From Octopus sinensis (Eukaryota), in the NCBI RefSeq assembly GCF_006345805.1, contig NC_043002.1, positions 82,460,001 to 82,524,000 on the forward strand: a stretch of DNA of 64,000 nucleotides. The letters run 5' to 3'. The translations under genes and the position numbers were made by a program. The notes under the pieces are model-generated. The model made no database searches, had not been told where the DNA came from, and was given only the letters and a program-made list of their open reading frames with translations. Positions 24,450 through 38,269 of this stretch are shown piece by piece. Each line of letters opens with the position of its first letter. The first letter of the stretch is position 1.

Positions 24450-25688
24450 ATGACAAATTATCCTCTCATGATGAATCATTTAAATAAACCAAAAAACACT
24501 GATGCAGGAGAGAGGCCATATCACTCTTATATCCATGGTAAATCATTTTCTGAAAATGATTTGACTAGTCATAAATGTATCCATACTGGGGAAAAGCCAT
24601 ATCCGTGTGACGTCTGTGGTAAATCATTTTCTCATAATAGCTCTTTAACTCACCACAAGCGTATTCATACAGGTGAGAAGCCATATCATTGTAACATTTG
24701 TGGTATATCATTCTCTGAAAATAATAATTTGACTAGGCACAAACGCATTCATACTGGGGAAAAACCATATCGCTGTGATATCTGTGGTAAATCATTTTCT
24801 GATAATAGCACTTTAACTAGTCACAATTATACTCATACAGGAGAGAAACCATATCGTTGTGATATCTGTGGTAAATCATTTTCTAGAAGTAGTGAGTTCA
24901 TTACACACAAACGTATTCATACAGGAGAGAAGCCATATCATTGTAATATCTGTGGTAAATCATTCTCTAGTCAGAGTCCTTTGACTAATCACAGGCGTAT
25001 TCATACTGGGGAAAAACCATATCAGTGTGATATCTGTGGTAATTCATTTTCTCAAATTTTCTCTTTAACTAATCACAAACGTATTCATACAGGAGAGAAG
25101 CCATATCATTGTAATATCTGTGGTATTTCATTCTCTAGTAAAAGTCCCTTGACTAATCACAGACGTATTCATACTGGGGAAAAACCATATCAGTGTGATA
25201 TCTGTGGTAAATCATTTTCTCATAAAAGCACTTTAAATTGTCACAAACGTATTCATACAGGAGAGAAACCCTATCACTGTGATATTTGTGGTAAATCATT
25301 TTCTCAAAGTGGAGACTTGTCTAGACACAAACCTACACATACAGGAGAGAAAACATATCATTGTAATATCTGTGGTAAATCATTCTCTAGAAATAGTCAT
25401 TTGACTAGTCACAGACATATTCATACTGGGGAAAAACCATATCACTGTGACATCTGTGGTAAATCATTTTCTAATTGTAGCACTTTTACTTGTCACAAAC
25501 GTATTCATACAGGGGAAAAACCATATCACTGTGACATCTGTGGTAAATCATTTTCTAACAGTAGCACTTTTACTTGTCACAAACGTATTCATACTGGGGA
25601 GAAACCATATCATTGTAATATCTGTGGTAAATGTTTCTCTCAAAAAGGACACTTAAGTACACATGTGAGTATTCATACACAAGTGTAA
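24450..25688 (+). CDS. ZNF-d: C2H2 zinc-finger protein, 13 intact fingers plus 1 degenerate, ends HTQV
   Basis: Finger repeats; first ATG at 24450; acceptor AG at 24042-24043. Confidence 0.95.
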   Translation: MTNYPLMMNHLNKPKNTDAGERPYHSYIHGKSFSENDLTSHKCIHTGEKPYPCDVCGKSFSHNSSLTHHKRIHTGEKPYHCNICGISFSENNNLTRHKRIHTGEKPYRCDICGKSFSDNSTLTSHNYTHTGEKPYRCDICGKSFSRSSEFITHKRIHTGEKPYHCNICGKSFSSQSPLTNHRRIHTGEKPYQCDICGNSFSQIFSLTNHKRIHTGEKPYHCNICGISFSSKSPLTNHRRIHTGEKPYQCDICGKSFSHKSTLNCHKRIHTGEKPYHCDICGKSFSQSGDLSRHKPTHTGEKTYHCNICGKSFSRNSHLTSHRHIHTGEKPYHCDICGKSFSNCSTFTCHKRIHTGEKPYHCDICGKSFSNSSTFTCHKRIHTGEKPYHCNICGKCFSQKGHLSTHVSIHTQV

Positions 25689-25845
25689 CATTATGAAAAT
25701 TGAAATTTATTAGAGCAGGACAACAATTATGAATATTTTGTCTGCTAAAAGACAGGGTTCATTCCTCTTCAAGCTTGATGTTATCAACTTCAAGTTCATG
25801 GATGGCAATATGAAATTCATGAATAACAACTTCAATATAATGTAT

Positions 25846-26313
25846 CTGCTTCTTTACTACCCACAAGGGGCTGAACATGGAGGGGGCAAACAAGGACAGA
25901 CAAATGGATTAAGTCGATTACATCAACCCAGTGCGTAACTGGTACTTAATTTAGTGTGGCAAGCTGGCAGAAACGTTAGCACGCCGGGCAAAATGCATGG
26001 CCGTATTTTGTCTGCCGTTACGTTCTGAGTTCAAATTCCGCCAAGGTCAACTTTGCCTTTCATCCTTTCGGGGTTGATAAATTAAGGACCAGTTACGCAG
26101 TGGGTTCGATGTAATTGACTTAATCCATTTGTTTGTCCTCTCGGTGTTTAGCCCTGCTTGGGTAGCAAAGAAATAGGTACTTAATTTATCAACCCTGCAA
26201 GGATGAAAGGCAAAGTCGACATCAACAGAATTTGAACTCAGAACGTAACGGCAAACGAAATACGGCCACGCATTTCGCCCGGCGTGCTAATGTTTCTGCC
26301 AGCTCGCCGCCTT
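25846..26313. mobile_element. Family-2 SINE (-) with a second copy (+, 25954-26175) nested inside
   Basis: Outer 16-bp TSD CTTCAATATAATGTAT (25830-25845, 26314-26329); inner 13-bp TSD GGTACTTAATTTA (25941-25953, 26176-26188). Confidence 0.85.
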
Positions 26314-26400
26314 CTTCAATATAATGTATATATCAACACAACAATGACTTTGATTTCTGAAGATGATTGTACTGGATTTTTGAGGAATTTATTTTGAGAG

Positions 26401-26427
26401 AATAAAGGAATGAGAATAAGGAATAAA
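26401..26427 (+). terminator. Paired poly(A) signals in the conserved ZNF 3' block (ZNF-d copy)
   Basis: AATAAA at 26401 and 26422. The same gagAATAAAgg...gAATAAAa arrangement recurs after other ZNFs (e.g. 13473 and 13494). Confidence 0.5.
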
Positions 26428-27419
26428 AGTTTTCAGTGACATTGATTTTGTTTTTGTTGTGCTTTCTTCATAATCATCATCATCCATTTTCTTCACAGGT
26501 AAGGGTGAGACAGTGTGACATGAGTGCTGCTCCGTGTTCCAGTCAGATTTGGCTTGGTTTCTCTTGCTGTATGCCCTTAACATACATGGCGTATTTTATG
26601 AATATGCCTATTCAAGTATTGTTGTAGTATGAAATGAATAGTAGCTCTTTCTGTTGTGGATTTCTTTCGATATATATATATGTGTGTGTGAACCCGATTT
26701 ATACATTCCTTGTATTTTGACCATAGTTCTGTATGGAGCAGAAGCATGGACTCCCTTCTAGAGAGAAATAAAAAAAAACTTTAAACTTTTTTTACATGTG
26801 GTGTTTGCACAATGTATGCAACAAAATGGTAAGTTAAGGCATCAAATGTAAAAATCTTAGGAAAATGTGATATGTCCAGTATCCAAAGCATATTGATGAA
26901 AATTCAGTGCAGATGGTTAGGACATGTTTTTCAAATGGAAAATGATCGCTTTCCAAAAATTCTTCTGTAAGGCCAACTAGTAGCGGGATATCATGGCAGA
27001 GGAAGACCTGTCCTTAGGTGTAAGGATAAGTTGAAGCAATCAATAAAATCTATGCAGATTGATTTGACATGTTGGGAAAGCCATTGCCTAGATCCATCTG
27101 TATGGTGTAAAGTGTGTCATGATGTCGTGAAGAATTTGAGTTGATGAAAATGAACAATAGCAGGCCTATATCCTGCAACCGATAGACACATTTGCACCAT
27201 AAAAATCCTCAGTGTCCCCATTGTGACTTCATTGCAAAATCCATTTCTGGACTCAAATTCCCTTCACACATCCATTGCAAATAGATGCAACTTCTTTGTT
27301 ACTTTCTTTTACTCACTTTAACTTCAAGTCTTCTCCTTCAAACATGCATACATTGAAACCGACTGGTGCAACCGTCATCATCATCGTCCTCAGCAATATA
27401 TATATATATATATATATAT

Positions 27420-28130
27420 GCTGACGGAGCATGACATGAAAAGCTCTGCAGTTGGTCTCAAGATGAACTGCATGTAAACGAAGTTCATGCGGTCAGACAA
27501 CGTACCAACAGGTCGAATGGTGATTGCCAGTGATGAAATAGAGAGGTAAAGGAATATGTCTACCTGGGACAGGAAGTGAATATGTGCTGAGATATCGAAA
27601 AGATCTCACGGAGAGTAAGGGCTGGATGGAAGGCGTTTAATGGCATAAGGAATGTGCTCAAGGGAAGGTTGGACAGGACCACCTGCACCAACCTCATCAA
27701 CAGTACAGTTCTACCTGCAATGTTATATGGTAGTGAAACATGGGCTACCACAAAGAGAGAAGAGCAGAGACTGGTAACGGCTCAAAGAGCCATGGAAAGG
27801 TCAATGCTTGGTATCTCGTTGAGAGAGCACATTAGTAGCGAGATCATCAGAAAGAAGTCGAGCGTGAGGGATGTCATCGCAGAGTATACACGCAGCAAAT
27901 ATAGATGGGCTGGACACGTCGCCCGGCTCACTGATAATCGGTGGACCTGCGCAGTTATCAAGTGGTACCCGCGTGAGCGGAGACAACCACCCAGAAGGCC
28001 TCCATGACGGTGGAGTTACTATTTCAGGAGGATGATTGGGATCACATGGATGAGAAAGGCATGATCCAGAGAGGAGTGGGCAGCGTGCTGTGACCAGCGG
28101 TGTCAAATGAACTGGTTGGTCAAGGTGATA
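27420..28130 (+). mobile_element. RTE-1-like LINE 3' fragment
   Basis: Translation VLPAMLYGSETW...RAMERSMLGISLRE...WAGHVARLTDNRWT, typical of the RTE clade. Confidence 0.8.
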
Positions 28131-28178
28131 TATATATATATACATACGTGTATATATATATATACACGTATATATATA

Positions 28179-28969
28179 TACTAGCAGCATAGCCCGGCGT
28201 TGCCTGGGTATGTAAGAGCCCCTAGTAGGCAACGACTAATCCCAATCTAGTCCTTTCCCTGTAGGGAATGAAGGCGCATGTGTAGGTTGCAATGTCTTCT
28301 CTTCACTCCCAAATAACTATGAAACAGCTATCGATAATTCAACCCAACCAGGAAGAAATTACATTCAAGACTTTACCCCCAGCACCACCACTTCCGCTAA
28401 TAGCTGCTGCAGCCGCAAGTTATTCGAATACTTTTTTTGTTTACACTTTCTTTATAACTACTACCCCAAACGTTTTACCTTAAATTTTTGACGTACCCTA
28501 AGGGTCCTCGGACGCTACTTGCAAACTCTTGGTTTATTATAAACTGCTTTTGTCGTGTGCACCAAAAAACCTTTTCCATTCGTTTGTTCAGTTTGGTCAC
28601 TTTTGACTTTTTCGTTGTTGTCACTCACATTGCTGCCCGCTTTTTTGCCGTTTTTGCACATTTTTATACATTTTGGGATACTTACCCCACGTGTTCTGAG
28701 AGTTAAAAAGGTCGAGTTGCGTCCCCTAGACAGTCTGTAGAAAATGTGTTGCATATAAAAAGCTTACGTTCTCGACCCATGTCGAATTTATCGATTTTTT
28801 TTTCAGAACTGGGGGAACTTTTCAAAATTTTCGCTTAGTTTTGAATTATGACATTGGGCTATGTGTGTGTCAAGTTTCATCAGAATCGGTTGAAAGCCGT
28901 GGTCAGGGTGAGGGTACAACCTGACAGACACACAGACAGACAAACTGCCGTTTATATATATAGAGAGAT
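28179..28969 (+). mobile_element. HINE/DINE-1-like element in a (TA)n tract
   Basis: Start tactagcagcatagcccggcgttgcctggg; end cagacagacaaactgccgtttatatatatagagagat. Confidence 0.65.
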
Positions 28970-30069
28970 ATACACGTATATATATATATATATATATATG
29001 TAAAAAAATACAAACTGGGACAAGAACGCAAAACATTTAGAAGACGATACAAAAAACACGGATGGGACATTCGAACCCTTCAATCTTCAGTCAAGAACCG
29101 GATCATCCTCACGATTTCGGCTGATTAATCGTGAGATTGCTCCGATCTGGCCAGCCCCAAAGGAAAATCTAAGCCAAGCGCATTAGATTCCTTGGAAGAA
29201 AGCCTCGAATGTATACAAAACAAGGACGGAAAAACGGACAATGTTACACGAATAATAATACAAAAATACATAAAAACAATAATGATAATAATAATAACAA
29301 AAACAGGACGTTACAGACAGGCGTCTTTCAACAGGACGAGTAAACTTTGAGCTGGCGTGTTAGAAAAATGCCTTAGGGCAGAGAGAAAAAAATGTGTCTT
29401 GCCGTGACGACTGCTATGCACGAAAGGCCAGCAATCGGTCAGTCAGTCACGTGTGAGGAAAAGAGGGACAGATGAATTAAGGTGGAGAAGAGAGAATACA
29501 CACGTATATATACACAAACATAGATATATAAATGATGACACATATGGGTTGAGGTTCGTTTTCATTGTTTCAGATACGTTTTTTTATTGTTGAACAAATC
29601 AATTACATTTGGTAAAGATTTTCAGGTGAATTATGAGTGAAATTTAGCATTTCGGATTTTTTATACAAACAGTATAGGACTCGTATTGACTCTACCAGTT
29701 CAGACAGTGTTATTATTTATACTACACTACACCCAGGTCCTTCCCTGTGTTGGCTTTTGAACCTACGGTCAGCCATGGACAGCATTATGACTTTATATAT
29801 GTGTCGTATATTTTGTTTATTCTTGTGAATGTATGCATAAGTGGAAGTGTGTAAGTATACATGTATGTATGTGTTTATGTACATATTTGTCTGTATTTAT
29901 ATGTGTAATCAATGCTGGTGTGTTTACGTCTCCGTTTGGTAAAAGCGTCTGATAGAATAAGTACTAGGCTTACAAAGAATAAGTCCTGGGTTCTATTTGC
30001 TTGACTAAAGGCGGTGCTCCAGCATGGCCGCAGTCAAATGACTGAAACAAGTAAAAGAGTATGTCTACA

Positions 30070-30470
30070 GCTATTCCATGACATCAGGACAGTATTCAAG
30101 AGTAACACAATACTTCGCAAATATCTCCTTCAAGTAAAACTACCACCAGAAGAGAATATGACCAAAAACTGCGTGTACTCCATCCCATGCAGCTGTGGTA
30201 GGTTTTACAAAGGTGAAACATGCCGTCTCCTCAAAATAAGGGTAGAGGAACATTGTAAAGCTGTGACACAGGGAGATATTGATAAATCGGGTATAGCTGA
30301 TTATGCATGGAAAAATGGAGACCACCTCCCACTGTGGGATGAAGTTAAAATAATAGACTGAGAACACCACAGGAATATACGAAAACTAAAAGAAGCAGCA
30401 CATATGCTAGGACACAACAACCTCCTAAGCAGACCGAGTGCAGATGTGAATAGCATATAGGAAACGGTAT
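30070..30470 (+). mobile_element. Penelope-like element GIY-YIG endonuclease remnant
   Basis: Translation CVYSIPCSCGRFYKGETCRLLKIRVEEH...EAAH, with in-frame stops. Confidence 0.75.
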
Positions 30471-31252
30471 AAAGGAAGGATAGGAAAATATCAAATTTAT
30501 AAGAGTGAATTTTAGGTCTTATAAATCTAATATTCTCCTAAGCACATAACAAGTGATGAGCGATAAGATACAGTCACTTGAGTAAGGAATGACCATGTTT
30601 CTTTTTCTCTTTTAATAATGCTTGTTGTTCTTGTTTCAACCATGGCTGCCTCTGCGTAGTTATTTATTTTGTAAAACAGTAAGGGGAGAGGGTTGCTAGC
30701 ACATCACCCTCTACTCATATTTTTCCCATCCACACATTTACCAATATGGGGCCCTAACAAAATCTGATAATAGGTACAGATGCAAATCTATCCAATTACT
30801 TGTCACCTTTTAAAATGTGGCATAACTTGGTGATCGGTCGACTTAAAACACCTTTCTTCATCTTGATTGTATTTGTTAACTTGACGACAAGGCCAAGGAG
30901 AGCTCTGATTGGCTGTATGTAAATGAGTTCATTTTACTAAGATTTTTACATTGAATGTCTTATCTTGCCATTTTGTTGCATATATTGAGCAAACACCACA
31001 TGCGAAAAAGTTTCAATTTTTCTATTTCTTCGTAGAAGGGAGTCCATGCTTCTGCCTCACATAAAAATATACTCAAAATACAAGATTTCTATTCACATAT
31101 TTTAGTTGTCAGACTGATATCATGTTCACACAAATACATATATATATATATATACATATCAAATTAAATACACAACTGAAAGCACTACTACTTGTTTCAT
31201 ACTGTTATGATACTTGAACACGAATATTTATAAAATGCGCCATGTATCTTAA

Positions 31253-31473
31253 CCCTTTCATTACTGTATTTATTTTGAGATGTTCTGTGTTTCCTTCAAT
31301 TATTTTAGATATAACAAAGAATTTAGTAAAATAACTTAATTATCATTAAGCTAGTGTTAGGAACATAAATTGTGACTAAGGTTTGGTGGAAGATTTTAAT
31401 TCAAAATTTATGAAAACAAGACATTTGTACTACAAAGCCAGAACCGGTTTCAGCTGGGTTGGTATTGAAAGGG
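31253..31473. mobile_element. piggyBac-type MITE, at the same paralogous site as 16579-16799
   Basis: TTAA TSD, CCCTTTC TIR, same flanking context. Confidence 0.85.
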
Positions 31474-32185
31474 TTAAGGGCATACAGCCAAAGAAACCAA
31501 GCCCAATCTGACAGGAATGTGGAGCAGCACTCTGGCTTGCCAGCTCATGTCACACTATCCCATCCAAGCCTGCATAGAAGATGGATGCTAAAAATGGATG
31601 TTAGAGGATGATGATGATGATGATGATGATGATAAAGATGAAAACAACAAAGACAAAATCAATGTCATTTAAGACTTTTTTTCATTATTCTCATTTCTTT
31701 ATTCACTCATAACAAATAACTCAAAAATTCCAGCACAATCATCTTCAAAAATCAAAGCCATTTCTGTGTTGATACGTTTTCATATTTACATGGTATTGAA
31801 GTTGATATTCATGAATCTCATATTGACAGTGATGAAATTGAAGTTGATGATGTCAAGTTTGAATAGGAATAAACCCGGTCTTTTATCAGACAAAATATTC
31901 GTAATTGTTGTCCTGTTGTAATAAATTTTGATATTGATATTGTTACACTTGTGTATGAATACTCACGTGTAGTTTAGTGGTGTTTTGGAAAGAATGACTC
32001 ACCAGATATCACAATGGTATGGCTTTTGTCCTGTATGAATACGTTTGCGACTAGTTAGTGTTATTATGAGAAAATGATTTACCACAGATATGAAAATTAT
32101 ATAGTTTTTTGCCAATATGAATATAAACATATTCACAAGGCAAGTGACTGTTTTTAGAAAATGATTTACCACAGATATCACAGTG

Positions 32186-33346
32186 TTATGGTTTTTCACC
32201 AATATGAATGCGTTTGTGACTAGTCAAGTTACTATTTCTAAAGAATGACGTACCACAGACATTACAATGATACGCTTTCTCTCCTGTGTGTGTAAGTTTG
32301 TGTTTAATCAACTCACCACTTTGAGTGAAACATTTACCACAGGTATCACAATGATATGGCTTCTCCCCTGTATGAATACGTTTGTGACGAGTTAAGTCGC
32401 TATTTTGAGAAAATGATTTACCACAGATATCACACTGATATGGTTTTTCTCCAGTATGACTGCGTTTGTGACTAGTCAAGTTACTAGAAGACAAGGATTT
32501 ACCACAGATGTCACAATGATATGGCTTTTCTCCTGTGTGTGAAAGTTTGTGTTTAACCAAGGCATCACTCCGAGAGTAAGATTCACCACAGATATGACAA
32601 CAATATGGCTTCTCTCCTGTATGCGTATGTTTGTGACAATTTAAGCTGCCATTTTGAGAAAATGATTTACCACAGATATCACACTGATATGGTTTTTCCC
32701 CAGTGTGAACACGTATGTGACTAGTCAAGTTACTATTTCTAGAGAATGATTTGCCACAGATATTACAATGATATGCTTTCTCTCCTGTATGTGTAAGTTT
32801 GTGTTTAGTCAAGTTACTATTTAGAGAGAAAGATTTACCACAGATATCACAGTGATATGGCTTCTCTCCTGTATGAATATGCTCGTGACTAGTTAAAGAA
32901 CTATTATGAGAAAATGATTCACCACAGATATCACACTTATATGGTTTTTCTCCAGTATGAATTCGTTTGTGTCTAGTCAAGTGACTGTTTTCGGAAAATG
33001 CTTTACCACAGATGTCACAATGATATGGTTTTTCTCCTGTATGTGTACGTTTGTGTCTAAACAAGTCACCTCTTCGAGAAAACGATTTACCACAGGTATT
33101 GCAATGATATGGCTTCTCTCCTGTATGTGTACGTATGTGAATAGTCAAGGAACCACTTTGAGAGAATGATTTACCACAGACATCACAGTGATGTGGTTTC
33201 TCTCCTGTATCAATGCACTTGTGTTTGGTTAAGACTCTTTCTTCAGTGAATGATTTACCACAAATATCACAGTGATATGGCTTCTCACTTGAATCAGGTT
33301 TGTTTGGTTTTCTTAAAACATTCATTATAAGATAATAATTTCTCAT
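32186..33346 (-). CDS. ZNF-e: C2H2 zinc-finger protein, 13 units; close paralog of ZNF-c
   Basis: Finger repeats; N-terminal ~110 aa nearly identical to ZNF-c; minus-strand acceptor at 33758-33759. Confidence 0.93.
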   Translation of the reverse strand: MRNYYLIMNVLRKPNKPDSSEKPYHCDICGKSFTEERVLTKHKCIDTGEKPHHCDVCGKSFSQSGSLTIHIRTHTGEKPYHCNTCGKSFSRRGDLFRHKRTHTGEKPYHCDICGKAFSENSHLTRHKRIHTGEKPYKCDICGESFSHNSSLTSHEHIHTGEKPYHCDICGKSFSLNSNLTKHKLTHTGEKAYHCNICGKSFSRNSNLTSHIRVHTGEKPYQCDICGKSFSQNGSLNCHKHTHTGEKPYCCHICGESYSRSDALVKHKLSHTGEKPYHCDICGKSLSSSNLTSHKRSHTGEKPYQCDICGKSFSQNSDLTRHKRIHTGEKPYHCDTCGKCFTQSGELIKHKLTHTGEKAYHCNVCGTSFFRNSNLTSHKRIHIGEKP

Positions 33347-35212
33347 ACGTATCACAATGATAATGATTTTTTCAATTCTATGAATATATCTGTGTTCAGT
33401 TGTGTCAGTATTTTCAGAGAATAATTTAACACTGTGTTTCTTTCATCTGTATTCTTGCTTAATATCTAAAACGGCAGATGTAAACAGTTAAAACTTTTGT
33501 AAACTTATCCAAGCTTAATTAACCAAGCAATCACTTCCACTACATTCCAGGCTGTGAAGACAAGTGAATGTTGCTATCAATTCCATCGTACAAAAGAAAT
33601 ATTTTCCCATCATTTGTTGAAGATTTTATTCATACAAAGAAGTTGATGAATGTGCCTTATGAATATATGATCTTCCTTTAATTGATGAAAGTCAACAGAA
33701 ATATCAGGGGCATGTCTAAATGAAGAAATTTCTTTAACGTCAATATGATGTGATATTCTGAAATAGAAAAAGAAGCAGTGAGATAAAGAGAATCCTTAAA
33801 CGACATAGTAATTCAACATTGCAAATCTTACAACATCAACACTGTCATCCATTTAATGTCTGTTTGCATGGGTCGGAATCCATTGAGGCTTTGAAAGTTT
33901 TACAACATTCTGTATATAGATGAATCGTTTCAACATTTCTCTAAATATTTACCTGTTTTCCTCTCATTTCACTTGTGAAGTGGCATGGCTAGGTGGTTAG
34001 GGTATATGCCTCCAATTGTAAGGTTGTGAGTTCAATTCCCAGTCACACATTGTGTCCCCAAACCATTTTATTTCACTTTCCCTCAGTCCACTCAGGTGTC
34101 AAAAATGAGTTTAACCTGTAATTCAAAGGGCCAGTCTTCTCACCATCTGTGTCATGCTGTGCCTCCTTGAAGACGATATTAAGGGTCCCCATATCAGTGG
34201 AATGCTCAGCCATTTGCATGTTAATTCCATGAGCAGGCTTTTTAGTTGATTAGATAAACTAAAACACAGAGTGCCAGTTACTGTTTCACCCAGTGGACTG
34301 TGGCCATGCTGGAATACTTCTTTGAAGTGTTTTGTCAAATGAGTCAATTCCAGTTGATATTTAAGAAAGGTGCATATTCTATCAATCTCATTTGCCCAAC
34401 CTCTAAGTCACAGGGATGTAAACAAACACCCATAATCAAGTGCTATGTGGCAGGGAGGGGAAACACAGAGACACACACACACACACACACGTATAATTAG
34501 GAAGTACACCCGCACGATTTTCACTAAGGAAAAAAAAAAACGGATTTTTTGCATGGAATCAAGTATCCTGATCTTGTAATGAGCCACAAACTGGCAAATT
34601 AATGGTGGGATGGGAAACCAGACCCCCACCACCACCACCTGTTGTGACCCCCTTCGGTCATGAATGACCATGGGATTGCACCTAGAAAGTTACCCTCCCC
34701 CGAGGCACAAGTCTGGGCAAGGTTGTCTATGGAAGACCACCAGTCGCCCATGCATATTGGCCTCCCCTCTCCATGCCACCTACGTTATCCAAGGGAGAGG
34801 CAAAGGGGCCGATACAGCTTGGTACCAGTGACATCGCAGCTCATTTATTAACGTGCAAGTGGATGAGCACTCAACAGACACGTGTACCCTTAACGTAGTT
34901 CCCGGGGAGGTTCAGCGTGACAAGGCTGGCCCTTTGAAATGCAGGTACAATAGAAACAGGAAAAAAGAGTGAGAGAAAGTTGTGGTGAAAGAGTACAGCA
35001 GGGTTCAAGAAGCAGATTGGGTTTATTTACATTTTTGAAGAAAAAAATGCTCCTAACCCTAAAACAGATTGAAATGCAATAGATCGATACTAGGGTCATA
35101 ATTATGGGTGACAATTTCGTATGACACCGTTAGGAAAAACTGCCGTTCAAACCGAAAAGATCCCAGAAATGTAGTAGTATCATACTTACAGCCTCAAAGT
35201 AAATCTTTATCA

Positions 35213-35400
35213 ACTTACCGTATTCAGATATAAACAGCAAGGCAGAGACCGGTAATAAATCACTTCAATAAATAACTGATTTGCACATTGTTGGAAGTGT
35301 TCTATAAGTTATTTCCCTTTATATGGTTGTATTCAATTCTCCACTAGATGGCGGTACAGACTGGTTCAATTCGTTTTTGTCTTCCTTTGTCTCATTCTAG
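35213..35400 (-). promoter_or_regulatory. Type-A first exon of ZNF-e
   Basis: CCACTAGATGGCGG 35341-35354 (plus strand); minus-strand donor aatacg|GTAAGT at 35218. Confidence 0.65.
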
Positions 35401-36017
35401 CAACAAATTCCCTTCACTTTTTTTTTCTTCAAATTTTCACCAGATTATTTGCAGCTAGGCATTTTCATTCCCAAACTGAGCACCCTTTAATTTTGCTCAG
35501 ACTGCTTTCAATTTTAGTGTATCAATGTAACTCTGAATTTTGATTACGATAAACCAATTATTTTATCTCGTAAATTAAAGAATCTGATTTCCTGTTCACA
35601 TACATACACACACAAATTGAGACTCTCCTTCGGTCATGACTGACTGTGGGATTGCACCTAGAAAGTCCCCCTCCAAGGCACAAGGCTGGGCAAGGTGGTT
35701 TTTATGGAAGACCAGCAGTCGCTCATGCATACCGGCTTCCCAAGGCAAAGGGGCCAATACAGCTTGGCACCAGTAATGTCACAACACATTTCTACAGCTG
35801 AGTTAACTGGAGCAACCTGAAATAAAGTGTCTTGCTTAAGAACACAACATGCAGCCCGGTCTGGGATTCAAACTCACAACCTCACGATCGTAAACTCGAC
35901 ACTCTAACCACTGAGTCATGCGCCTTCACACACAAATACATCAAATTAAATACATAAATGAAAGAGCTACTTCTAGTCTCATGCACTTACGATCGTTGAA
36001 CAGGCATATATATAAAA

Positions 36018-36358
36018 TACTAGCACTACGATCTGGCAACGCCAGGTCATAGTGCTAGTGCATGCATACATACACTCAAATACTGTCCAAATCTCCGACC
36101 AATCAAATGCAGCTAGCTGGCATTCAATTGGCAAGTTTTGGGTATTTTGATTGGGTTTTGGATAGAAAATTCACAAAAAAGTCACTTCTATTGATTTTTT
36201 AATGGCTTTGCGGGGTGACTGGGGAAATGTAAAGATGTGCACGACCATCCTTGGGCGGTTTTGAATGACCATAGAAAGTGCGAGCCCTCTAACTGAAAAA
36301 TTGTGGATTTGTATAAAGGACACACACACAGACAGACATTTTACCGTTTATATATAGA
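36018..36358 (+). mobile_element. HINE-like element
   Basis: Start tactagcactacgatctggcaacgccagg; end cagacagacattttaccgtttatatatag; interrupts the conserved tataaaat/gccatg flank. Confidence 0.55.
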
Positions 36359-36803
36359 AAAATGCCATGTATATTTAAGGGCATACAACCAGAGCAGCAC
36401 TCTGTTTGGGAGGCTCATGTCACACTTCCCCACTCATGCCTGCAAAGAAAATGGACGTTAAAGCATAATGATGATGATGAAAACAGAACGGAGCCAAAAT
36501 CAATGACACTTAAAACTATTATTCATTATATCCATTCCTTTATTCTCCAAAAATAAATTCTTGAAAAATCCAGCACAATCATCTTCAGGAATCAAGGTCA
36601 TTACTGTGTTCATATATTTCCATATACACATAACGAGGTTCATATTCATAAATTTTATATTAACATTGGTGAAATTGAAGTTGATCACACCAAGCTTGAA
36701 GATAAATAAACCTTGTCTTTTAACAAAAATATTCATAATCGTTTTCCTGCTGTAATAAATATTGATATTGTTACACTTGTGTATGAATACTCACATGTGT
36801 ACT

Positions 36804-37649
36804 TCAGTGGTGTTTTGGGAAGAATGACTCACCACAGATATCACACTGATTTGGGTTTTCTCCAGCATGAATACGTTTGTGACTAGTCAAGTGACTATTT
36901 CTAGAGAATGAGGTTCCACAGATACTACAAAAATATGCTTTCTCTCCTGTATGTGTAGGTTGGTGTTTAAGCAAGTGACCTTTTTGAGAGAAAGATTTAC
37001 AACAAATATTACAATGATATGGCTTTTCTCCCGTATGTGTAGTTTTGTGTTTACTCAAATCACCACGTTGAGAGAATGATTTACCACAGATCTCACAATG
37101 GTATGGCTTCTCACCCGTATGAATACGTTTGTGTATTTTTAGGTGACCCGATTCAGAGAACGATTTATCACAGATATCACAGTGAAATGGTTTTTCCCCG
37201 GTATGAATACGTATATGAATAGTCAGCTTACTATTTTCAGAAAATGATTTACCACAGATGTCACATTTATGAGGTCTTTCCCCAGTATGAATACGTCTGT
37301 GACTAGTCAATTGACTGTTTCTAGAGAATGATTTGCTACAGATATCACAATGAAATGGTTTCTCTCCTGTATGTGTAGGTCTGTGTTTAATCAAGTCACC
37401 ACTCTGAGTGAATGATTTACCACAGATATTGCAATGATATGGCTTCTCCCCTGTATGCGTACGTACGTGACGGGTCAACACAATACTTTGAGAGAATGAT
37501 TTACCACAGACATTACAGTGATACGGTTTCACCTTTGTCTGAATGCATTTCTGTTTAGTTAAGACTCTTTCTTCAGTGAAAGGCTTCTCTTCTGTATCCG
37601 GGATTTTTGGTTTATTTACATTACTCATTTTAAGAGAATAATTTGTCAT
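36804..37649 (-). CDS. ZNF-f: C2H2 zinc-finger protein, 8 intact fingers plus half-fingers at both ends
   Basis: Finger repeats; first ATG at 37649 (the track start 37769 is TTG); acceptor at 37858-37859. Confidence 0.9.
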   Translation of the reverse strand: MTNYSLKMSNVNKPKIPDTEEKPFTEERVLTKQKCIQTKVKPYHCNVCGKSFSQSIVLTRHVRTHTGEKPYHCNICGKSFTQSGDLIKHRPTHTGEKPFHCDICSKSFSRNSQLTSHRRIHTGERPHKCDICGKSFSENSKLTIHIRIHTGEKPFHCDICDKSFSESGHLKIHKRIHTGEKPYHCEICGKSFSQRGDLSKHKTTHTGEKPYHCNICCKSFSQKGHLLKHQPTHTGEKAYFCSICGTSFSRNSHLTSHKRIHAGENPNQCDICGESFFPKHH

Positions 37650-38269
37650 ACATGATACAAAGATGTCTTTTTTATTCCAATGAATGTGTTTGCATTCAGT
37701 TGTGTCACTGTTTTCAGAGAATAATTTAATGGTATGTTTCTTTCTTCTCCGATCTTGCTGAATATCCAAAACAGAAGATGTAGACTGTCAAGTCCTTTGT
37801 AAATTCCTTGCCTTCCTTTAATCAATGAAGCGGAACAAAATTATCAGATGTGATACTCTGGAATAGGAAAAGATGCAGTAATAATGAGAGGATGGATGGT
37901 TAAATGACATAATAATTCAACATGGCAACATCAACACTGTCATCCATTTAATGTCTATGTTTGCATGGGTCAGAATTCATTGAGGCATTGAAACTTTTAC
38001 AACATTTTGTCTATAGGCGCAATATTTATATTTTCCTCATTTTTTCTTTGCTTTCAATTGTTGCCCCTGTGAAGTGGCATGGTCCAATTGTTAGAGTAAG
38101 GCTGTGAGTTTGATACCCAGTAGAACACTGTGTCCCCAAGGCACTTTATTTCACATTGCCTCAGTCCACTCAGCTGAATTTGTTTAAAAGGGAGAAGAAA
38201 AGTTTTTCCAAACAAATTCCGATATAATCGTAATCTATACCACCAGAAAGGTATATATTTATATATATA

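Noticed and set aside
29060-29100. Additional hammerheads (minus-strand CTGAAGA at 29084-29090; CTGATGA at 59447-59453)
   Set aside because: No canonical GAAA with a closing stem II and stem III could be built by eye.
37650-37769. 40-aa N-terminal extension of ZNF-f
   Set aside because: It starts at TTG; it is open decayed-finger 5' UTR, and the paralogs start at the downstream ATG.
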